Program-made: the position numbers and the translations under genes | Part shown: positions 56,503 to 64,000 of the stretch, piece after piece | Numbering within the stretch: position 1 is the stretch's first letter | Layout: the number at the start of each line of letters is the position of its first letter | The notes under the pieces: generated by a model | Told to the model about the DNA's origin: nothing | The model's input: the letters and a program-made list of their open reading frames with translations, nothing else | The model's database searches: none | NCBI GenBank assembly: GCA_047611805.1 | Contig: JBLFWX010000022.1 | Span: 233 to 64,232, forward strand | Length of the DNA: 64,000 nt | DNA from: Gammaproteobacteria bacterium | GTDB taxonomy: Bacteria; Pseudomonadota; Gammaproteobacteria; Ga0077536 | Reading direction: 5' to 3'

Positions 56503-56884
56503 AGGGCCACCTCATCTTGCGCGATTCGCGACAAATTTAATGTTGCTCGAGCCATCCAAGACCTATCGGAAAATTCTCGCTGCGCGTTAGTGACTTCATG
56601 TAGGTCGTGAACGTTCATACGGCTTCGGCATCGATGGGTTCGACGACGGACTCCATCAGGTGACAGATAGAATCCCCGTTCCGCATTGCGGTGTACTTTG
56701 GGATAGTCTCTACTACTGCTTAATTCAAACATTCGAATTCCACGCAACCTTTAATTGCACATTATCCCGCGTGAATATCTACCGGTTCTCGCCTACCTAT
56801 CGAAAATCTTGATTCTCGATTAGATCCAGCGTTCGTTTTGATCATTCCGCTTCGACTTGTCCCTCTAACGATACGTGTGGACAC

Positions 56885-57211
56885 TCAACTGAAATGCAGT
56901 TCGCCAGCTTTACGCCAACGCGGGATGAAACCGGGTACGCTCTGCATGGTCTGCCGATACCGTTCACCGAATTGGATCACGGACATCTCTTCTTCGCGCG
57001 GCGCCAGTCGCATATAGATGTAAACCAGGATCGGAAACTTGATTAGAGTTGGCAACGCAGGCCATCGCAGTAAGATCGCCCACCGCAGTGCCTCGATGAC
57101 ATGCGCTCGATGTTCCGTCCAAAGTACGTACGACGCCGCAGATGCCATAAAAATTACAGCTAAACCTTGTGGCGAAGACCAATAATTAAGTCGAGAATTG
57201 GGATCACCCAC
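56885..57211 (-). pseudogene. deletion fusion of DUF2933 N-terminus and isoprenylcysteine-methyltransferase-like C-terminus
   Basis: WTEHRAHVIEAL (DUF2933) joined near 57067 to WP.LPTLI.FPILV.IY.RLA.REE.....FGE.Y......PGFIPRW (ICMT/PEMT family). Confidence 0.75.
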
Positions 57212-57482
57212 GATTCTTACCGCTGGGTCGTCCGAGGTGGACCCTACTCACGACCTCGTGATCACGTTCAACGCTGTAATACCGAAAAGATCCTCGGGCA
57301 ATCTCCTGATCCAGGTTACGAAAAGAGCCGCCGATCCTCGCAGCCCGAAGAGGGCTTGCTGCGCGTGATATCTAGCGTCAGCAGCTCTCGGAGTAGGCGA
57401 GTGAATACTCGACGAGGTTTCGCTGTCAAATCTGGAGTTACGAATTGGCGCGTTATAACTTCGCACGGTTCCCATTTCCCGG

Positions 57483-58352
57483 TTAGCTGTGCAGCATGAG
57501 TATCGGAATAGGAATCGACATGCGTTTGAGCATATAGTCAGTCAGGCCACCGAATACCAACTGGCGCATCCGATTTCGACTATAGGCACCCATCACCAAC
57601 AGATCGCTATGTGTGGATTTGTAGTTTGCGATAATCTCTGTTGCCTGATCTTTTCCTTCAGTCGAGAAACGTTCTGATGTGACACCCCAATACTTGAGGT
57701 AGGCAGCCAGTTGCTTGGCCGTCGGGCCAACACGATTTTCAGCCCCGCACGTCACGATCGAGACCTGGTCTGCCTGACTTAACAGCGGCATCGCGGCGGT
57801 GACCGCGCGGGCAGCTTCAGTGCTTTGGTTCCAAGCGATACAAATGCGTTTGCCGATGGTGCGCTTTTCAGCTTGTGGAAGTACGAGTACTGGACGCGAC
57901 GATTTCAGCAGCGAGGCGGACAAAAATAGTTGCGCCAATGCTCCCCCCTTGGGGGAAGGCCTCGAGACGACCAATAGGTCGGCGACGGGGCCCATGATGC
58001 CGATCACCTTTTGCGGCGCACCGGTCTTTTCCATCCAAACGGCACCTGGCTTTGCACGTGGATTGCGCAGCACGTCGTAACCGTAATGTTGTGCGACCTG
58101 CGTAAAGAGAGTCTTCGCCGCGATTCCCGTAGTCTCGGAATCCTTAGGCTTCCAGGCTGCCTGCCATTGCGCGTCATCGTTTGCATCCCCGAATGGTTCC
58201 AACAGTGATGGAACCGCGACTGGTGAGTGTCGGTGTAGTCGGATATGACAGCCGACGACACTGGCGCCGACTGATTTGCCTAATCTAAATGCCGTGCTCA
58301 ATGCAGCCGCGCATTCGGGTCGGTCGGCAACGGGAACAAAAATGACGCGCAT
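57483..58352 (-). CDS. universal stress protein, tandem-domain type
   Basis: ADLLVV.RP, S.RPVLV.P, IAWNQS.EAARAV.AAMPLL, DLLVMGAYS..R.RQ..FGG.T. Confidence 0.92.
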   Translation of the reverse strand: MRVIFVPVADRPECAAALSTAFRLGKSVGASVVGCHIRLHRHSPVAVPSLLEPFGDANDDAQWQAAWKPKDSETTGIAAKTLFTQVAQHYGYDVLRNPRAKPGAVWMEKTGAPQKVIGIMGPVADLLVVSRPSPKGGALAQLFLSASLLKSSRPVLVLPQAEKRTIGKRICIAWNQSTEAARAVTAAMPLLSQADQVSIVTCGAENRVGPTAKQLAAYLKYWGVTSERFSTEGKDQATEIIANYKSTHSDLLVMGAYSRNRMRQLVFGGLTDYMLKRMSIPIPILMLHS

Positions 58353-58969
58353 ATCAATTACCTCCTCAAGGTCTGGTAGCTACTTCTAGCAGCTCGTCAA
58401 GCCAATTAACAATGTGCCGCTAGGCCTCCTCAATTTGATCTAACTTGAAACGGGATGTGCCAAATCGTTTCGAGTTCACTCGTCCGCACGCAACGAATTT
58501 CATTTGATGACGCATCCTTTCCTCGCCGTCCGAAAGAATGGCGTCACGACTTTCATATGAACCGCCTCGGTTGTAATGGCATCGAATTGCTGCCACGTCA
58601 TCTGAAATGCTTTAAACGAACGTCGATGCAGTTCTATGACACGCCACAGTTATTCTTTTCACTTAGCCCGAACTCACAAGGGACTTAACAACAGAATATA
58701 GGTGCACTCCAGAATAACCAATGCTCTCGAACTTCGGATTACCGCACCGAAATTCGGGATCTACGTATATAAAAATATCCGGCACCATGTAGCCTGAGCT
58801 TTGCATGAAACGTTTCGTTTGTTCGGTGCTGGCCGTAAAAGCTTCGGCGTTCATTAGCCCAGTCACCCTCGAATGTGTGCTGCGACCTGATCCCATTACC
58901 TGTGTCGCACCGTAAACGTTCGCTAGTGCTAGATGAGCATCTGCTTGGTTCTACCGGGAGACAAGATCA

Positions 58970-61696
58970 ATGCGTCAAGAAAGCGTGAGGGAGACGAACA
59001 GAAATTGGTATGACGTGCCGATCGATAGTGTATTGCACACGTTGAATACAACACCCAGCGGCCTCACGAAAGATGAGGCTCTGCAACGATTGAGCATCTA
59101 TGGCCCGAATGCCCTGCCGAAGCCGGCAAAACGCAGTGCGGTGATCCGCTTTGTTCTGCATTTTCACAACATCCTCATTTACGTGCTTATTGCGTCCGCA
59201 GTTATCACGGCAACGCTAGGCCATGTTGCCGATACGCTAGTTATCCTAGCCGTGGTTATCGCCAATGCTGCGATTGGCTTCGTTCAAGAAGGCAAGGCCG
59301 AGAAGGCCATGGACGCTATAAGCCAAATGCTTGCGCTGCGCGCTTCCGTGGTACGTGACGGGGATCGCCGCTCCATAGAAGGTGACGCCTTAGTGCCTGG
59401 AGATATTGTATTGCTAGAAGCGGGAGACAAAGTACCTGCCGAGTTGCGCCTGATTCAGGCCCACGGCCTTCAGGTCCAAGAGGCGATACTCACCGGCGAA
59501 TCGGTTCCGACCGACAAACACAGCCGGCCTGTTGCAACCGGGGTGCCACTTGGCGACAGGACGTGCATGGCGTTCAGCGGTACGCTGGTGACTAGTGGTC
59601 TGGGTCGCGGCGTTGTCGTGGAAACCGGGTCGAATACAGAGATTGGACGTATCAGCGGTATGCTCTCTACGGTCGAGGTCTTGACCACTCCGCTGGTCCG
59701 GCAAATGAACGTCTTTGCCCAGTGGCTCACCATTCTGATCCTGGTGCTGGCGGTGATATTGCTTGTGTTCGGCTATTTCGTCGAACATTTTGCATTCGCT
59801 GATGTGTTCATGGCGGTAGTTGGCCTGTCAGTTGCCGCGATTCCCGAAGGCTTGCCTGCTGTCCTGACGATCACGCTCGCGGTTGGCGTACAAGCGATGG
59901 CTCGACGCCACGCCATCGTTCGCCGCTTGCCGGCGATCGAAACGCTTGGCTCGGTGTCGGTGATTTGTACTGACAAAACCGGCACACTGACCAGGAACGA
60001 GATGATGGTCGCTTCCGTTGTGACTCAAGCGCATGTGTTTTCGATTGAAGGCGCGGGATACGAACCGAACGGAGCCATCATTCTCAACGATGCTGCTGTG
60101 AGGGGATCTGATCACACAAACCTCGAGGAGTTAGGACGTTCGGCCTTATTGTGCAATGACGCCTCTTTGCACGACCGCGATGGTGTGTGGACCGTCGAAG
60201 GCGACCCGATGGAGGGCGCGTTACTCGCGTTGTCCGGTAAAGTCGGCATGAACAGTCGCAAAGAACTCGCGAGCTGGACGCGCACCGACACAATCCCTTT
60301 CGACGCCCGGCACTGTTTCATGGCGACACTGAATCACGATCATGAAAATCATGCCGTCATTTCCGTCAAAGGCGCACCAGAGAAAATTCTGACGATGTGC
60401 AGCGTGCAGCGCAGCACCTCAGGCGAAACTGAACCCCTGGACAATGACTACTGGCATGAGAAAGCGAACAGCATCGCCGCCCAAGGTCAGCGTGTGTTGG
60501 CGCTTGCCGTTCGGCCAGTGGCTGCGGAACATACGGTCCTTGAATTTTCCGATGTCGAGAGCGAGATGATATTGATCGGTCTAGTCGGGTTGATCGATCC
60601 GCCGCGTCCCGACGCTATCGAGGCTGTCGCACAATGTCACGGCGCCGGAATACGCGTGAAGATGATCACGGGTGACCACAAAGGAACGGCCGCCGCCATC
60701 GGCAAGCAGATTGGCTTGCACAACGTCGATGCTGTTCTTACCGGTTCCGATGTTGATGCGATGGACGACGAGACATTGGCCAGCGCCGTTCTCGACACTG
60801 ACATATTTGCCCGAACCAGCCCGGAGCATAAACTCAGACTCGTGATGGCATTGCAATCCCATGGATTAACAGTCGCCATGACCGGCGATGGCGTGAACGA
60901 CGCACCCGCACTCAAACGCGCCGATGCAGGTATCGCCATGGGCATGAAGGGTAGCGAGGCGGCAAAAGAAGCGGCCGATCTGGTTCTCGCCGACGACAAT
61001 TTCGCCTCGATCGCGGCGGCCGTGCGGGAAGGGCGGACGGTGTACGACAACATAAAGAAAGTTATCAGCTGGACCTTACCCACCAATGCGGGTGAAGCGA
61101 TGACAATCGTCGTGGCGTTACTGTTCGGTATGACGATGCCGATCACACCTGTTCAGATATTGTGGATCAACCTCATCACTGCCAGCACGCTGGGTATTGC
61201 GCTAGCCTTTGAGCCCACCGAGTCGGACACCATGCGCCGTGCACCTCGCCCGCGAGATGAGCCGCTCCTTTCAGGATCGTTGGCGTGGCACATCGTCTTC
61301 GTCTCGGCGCTGTTCCTCGCTGGCGTTTTCGGGATGTTTACTTACGCCCTCGACCGCGGTCATTCGCTAGAGCTTGCACAAACCATTGTTTTGAATACGC
61401 TCGTAGTGATGGAAATTTTCCATCTCTTTTTTATTCGTAACATCTATGGCACATCGCTTACATGGGAGGCTGTGCGCGGGACAAAAGTGGTGTGGGCGAC
61501 AGTCGCCGCCGTGGTGCTTGCTCAGTTCGCCATTACGTATTTACCGCTATTGCAGGGGATATTCTCCACTGAGACTGTGCCTCTTTTCGATGGGGTGATC
61601 ATCGTCTCAGTCGGTGTCGTCTTGTTTGCGATTCTGGAAATCGAAAAACAGCTACGTCTAAGCTTTAGTCGTCGCACGGTGAAACTGGCGGCGTAG
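58970..61696 (+). CDS. cation-transporting P-type ATPase, type II (Ca2+-like)
   Basis: YGPN.L, LTGES, IPEGLP, CTDKTGT, KGAPE, MITGD, TGDGVNDAP, QILWINL. Confidence 0.96.
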   Translation: MRQESVRETNRNWYDVPIDSVLHTLNTTPSGLTKDEALQRLSIYGPNALPKPAKRSAVIRFVLHFHNILIYVLIASAVITATLGHVADTLVILAVVIANAAIGFVQEGKAEKAMDAISQMLALRASVVRDGDRRSIEGDALVPGDIVLLEAGDKVPAELRLIQAHGLQVQEAILTGESVPTDKHSRPVATGVPLGDRTCMAFSGTLVTSGLGRGVVVETGSNTEIGRISGMLSTVEVLTTPLVRQMNVFAQWLTILILVLAVILLVFGYFVEHFAFADVFMAVVGLSVAAIPEGLPAVLTITLAVGVQAMARRHAIVRRLPAIETLGSVSVICTDKTGTLTRNEMMVASVVTQAHVFSIEGAGYEPNGAIILNDAAVRGSDHTNLEELGRSALLCNDASLHDRDGVWTVEGDPMEGALLALSGKVGMNSRKELASWTRTDTIPFDARHCFMATLNHDHENHAVISVKGAPEKILTMCSVQRSTSGETEPLDNDYWHEKANSIAAQGQRVLALAVRPVAAEHTVLEFSDVESEMILIGLVGLIDPPRPDAIEAVAQCHGAGIRVKMITGDHKGTAAAIGKQIGLHNVDAVLTGSDVDAMDDETLASAVLDTDIFARTSPEHKLRLVMALQSHGLTVAMTGDGVNDAPALKRADAGIAMGMKGSEAAKEAADLVLADDNFASIAAAVREGRTVYDNIKKVISWTLPTNAGEAMTIVVALLFGMTMPITPVQILWINLITASTLGIALAFEPTESDTMRRAPRPRDEPLLSGSLAWHIVFVSALFLAGVFGMFTYALDRGHSLELAQTIVLNTLVVMEIFHLFFIRNIYGTSLTWEAVRGTKVVWATVAAVVLAQFAITYLPLLQGIFSTETVPLFDGVIIVSVGVVLFAILEIEKQLRLSFSRRTVKLAA

Positions 61697-61859
61697 TGTC
61701 GATCGACAACTACGCTATCGTTCCGCAGGAATGGCAGCTTGATGCTGTGCGATATGAGTTTTCGGGAAGCACAGGAGCGATAGGCTCGAAGCATCTTATC
61801 TGACGTCAATCCTCCCGCTTGATTGACGAGCTTAGCTAGAAGCGAACACCGAGCGGCGC

Positions 61860-63026
61860 TCAGATAAATTCCGCAGCCGCTTGTGCGATCACAAGTTCCT
61901 CATTGGTTGGGACGACGAGTACCTCGATTTTAGACTCCGCAGTACTGATCAATGTCTCGTCCGCCTCGTTCGCCGCGCCATCTATGGCAGCACCTAGCCA
62001 GGCAAATCGATCCGCGATCCGTTGACGGATAAAAGCCGAGTTCTCGCCGATGCCGGCAGTGAATACGAGCGTATCGAGACCTCCGATCGTCGCAATCAAT
62101 GCGCCCAATTCCCGTGTTGCGCAGTGGACGAAAAGATCGAGTGCTTCCCCGGCTGAAGGGCTGTCGCTCGCACGCAGTTCACGTATATCGTCACTCACAC
62201 CAGAGACGCCTAGTAGGCCCGACTCGTTACTCAATAAGTGGCCGACTTGGGCTGCGGTCATGCCTTTGTGCTGGAGCAAATAAAGCACCACCCCTGGATC
62301 GAGATTGCCGCAGCGCTTTCCCATCATCAAGCCATCCAGTGGTGTAAATCCCATGCTAGTTCCGAGACTGCAACGATTAACCATGGCGCATAGACTCGCA
62401 CCATGACCCAGATGGGCAACGACAATTCTGCCTGCTGAGCGCTCGCCAATTATCTCCGGAAGAACGTTCGCGATGTAGGAGTAGGAAAGTCCATGAAAAC
62501 CATACCGTAAGATACCTTCATCGCTAAGCGCTCGTGGTAGTGCGAATATTTCTGCCACTCTTGGTTGGGTACGATGAAAGGCAGTGTCGAAACAGGCGAA
62601 TTGAACAATGTCGGGCCAGCTTGCCGCGACACTACTGATCGCGGCCAAGTTATGCGGTTGATGGTTTGGTGCTAATGGAATGTAAGTTTCCAGCTCGACC
62701 ATGACCTCTGGGGTGATGCGGGCCGCGTCCGTGAAGCGAGCACCGCCGTGTACTACTCGGTGTCCGGCTGCACAGATTTCAATTTCCGTAAGCTCGCGGG
62801 CGATGGTTTTCAGCAACCATCGCGTGAGCTCGTCATGGTTACCAGCCAGCGGGGGCGAGAAGGTACTTGTTAGCTTGCTAGCAAGTACCCCAGTGGCGCT
62901 GAACTCAGCTCGAATTCCAATGTTGGCGATTTGCCCGCGGCATAAGATATCGAGCGTGGCTTGCACATAGAGAGCAAATTTTACGCTCGACGAACCCGCA
63001 TTAAAAACCAGGATCGCGGGCATCAT
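61860..63026 (-). CDS. ackA: acetate kinase
   Basis: NAGSSSVKF, GHRVVHGG, FDTAFH, RYGFHGLS, HLG.GAS, SMGFTPLDG, FTAGIGEN, PTNEE. ATGA overlap with pta. Confidence 0.96.
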   Translation of the reverse strand: MMPAILVFNAGSSSVKFALYVQATLDILCRGQIANIGIRAEFSATGVLASKLTSTFSPPLAGNHDELTRWLLKTIARELTEIEICAAGHRVVHGGARFTDAARITPEVMVELETYIPLAPNHQPHNLAAISSVAASWPDIVQFACFDTAFHRTQPRVAEIFALPRALSDEGILRYGFHGLSYSYIANVLPEIIGERSAGRIVVAHLGHGASLCAMVNRCSLGTSMGFTPLDGLMMGKRCGNLDPGVVLYLLQHKGMTAAQVGHLLSNESGLLGVSGVSDDIRELRASDSPSAGEALDLFVHCATRELGALIATIGGLDTLVFTAGIGENSAFIRQRIADRFAWLGAAIDGAANEADETLISTAESKIEVLVVPTNEELVIAQAAAEFI

Positions 63027-64000
63027 AGCGCGTGATGCTGGATCCGATTCACGAACAGTTGAGCCAAAACGCACGACGTGAGTCGCGCCAAGTTATCATC
63101 GGCACGACTCGTTAACATGATAGGCACGCGCGCACCGATTACGAGGCCGGCGGCTTGCGCACCGGCGAGATAAATCAATTGCTTTGCGATCATATTCGCG
63201 GATTCAAGATCGGGCGCAACCAAGATGTCCGCGTCGCCGGCGACCGGCGAGTTAATGGTCTTCGTCGCTGCCGCCGCTTTAGACACCGCGTTATCGAATG
63301 CCAAGGGTCCGTCGACCAATCCGCCGGTAATTTGACCGCGCTCAGCCATCTTACACAGTGCAGCCGCCTCGATAGTCGAGGGCAGCTGCCGTGACACGGT
63401 CTCCACAGCAGACAAGATCGCGACTTTCGGTTGCTCTATACCGAGTGCGTGCGCTAGATCGATAGCGTTTTGTACGATATCGCGCTTGGCATTCAGATCC
63501 GGCGCAATGTTTAACGCAGCGTCAGTAATGAATAACAGCTTGGCGTAATGCGGTACGTCGAGCACGAACAAGTGGCTCATGCGTCGTTCGGTCCGCAATC
63601 CGGTGTGGCGATCGACCACCGCGGCCATCAGCTCATCCGTATGCAGTGCACCTTTCATTATCGCCGCCGCTTGTCCTCTACGGACTGATTGAACGGCTTC
63701 GGCGGCGGCCGCGTGGCTATGCGGTACGTCAATAATCGCGACATTGTCCAAGCTGAGTTTCGCCGCCTGCGCCGTCTGTTCGATTTTCGCCCGTGGTCCG
63801 ATCAGTATGGGTTCGACCATGCCTTGAGTTTTTGCGTCTAGCGCTGCAGTGAGCGACAAGACGTCGCATGGGTGCACCACAGCGGTTGTGATCGGATCGA
63901 GATCGGCGCTAGCCGTGATCAATCGGCGATATTGAGCGCCGCGCTCGTGCAAATGAATTTCGGGCAAGAGCACGCGTGGCCGACGTACCTTGTCGGACGG
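63023..64000 (-). CDS. pta: phosphate acetyl/butyryltransferase, 5'-truncated by the window edge (probably MaoC-fused)
   Basis: AVVHPCD, MKGALHTDEL, TDAALNIAP, VDGPLAFDNA, PDLESAN, LTSRAD. The frame is open to 64000 through PSDKVRRPRV, a linker typical of enoyl-CoA hydratase/Pta fusions. Confidence 0.92.
   Translation of the reverse strand, partial: PSDKVRRPRVLLPEIHLHERGAQYRRLITASADLDPITTAVVHPCDVLSLTAALDAKTQGMVEPILIGPRAKIEQTAQAAKLSLDNVAIIDVPHSHAAAAEAVQSVRRGQAAAIMKGALHTDELMAAVVDRHTGLRTERRMSHLFVLDVPHYAKLLFITDAALNIAPDLNAKRDIVQNAIDLAHALGIEQPKVAILSAVETVSRQLPSTIEAAALCKMAERGQITGGLVDGPLAFDNAVSKAAAATKTINSPVAGDADILVAPDLESANMIAKQLIYLAGAQAAGLVIGARVPIMLTSRADDNLARLTSCVLAQLFVNRIQHHAL

Noticed and set aside
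56499-56747. YHS-domain remnant upstream of copA (ERGFYLSPDG)
   Set aside because: Both cysteines are missing and the match is too short.

Overview
64 kb of bacterial chromosome, most likely Gammaproteobacteria-like (roughly 50-55% GC by eye; taxonomy is inference). No rRNA, tRNA or CRISPR array was seen. From left to right: the end of a VPLPA/PEP-CTERM surface protein, a D-aminoacylase, a TPR protein, a PAS-GGDEF-EAL protein and flavin monooxygenases; a sulfur-handling block (YeeE/YedE pair, SulP, BigR/SoxR-type ArsR, TusA) with heavily eroded lbpA-like and dsrE2-like remnants; then a long low-oxygen/metal accessory region. That region contains a Pcm-erythromycin esterase fusion with baeRF12, a coupled TVP38/six-hairpin glycosidase/GT4/AlkP-EEP operon, a PolX-N-terminal HhH protein, glk, USPs, mntP, an ABC pair, acr3, a higher-GC complete N-type ATPase operon, MscK, a frameshifted Lon-like protease, a copper cluster, a type II P-ATPase and ackA-pta. 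The best candidate for an undescribed system is the N-ATPase operon, which has a VIT1/CCC1 metal transporter inserted between atpB and atpE and a PPK2 translationally coupled to atpG. A second theme is repeated gene collapse by internal deletion (LLM, xfp, DUF302, DUF2933-ICMT). A cloverleaf MITE occurs twice, with one internal module flipped between the copies. All family assignments come from motifs recognised by eye; no database search was run.
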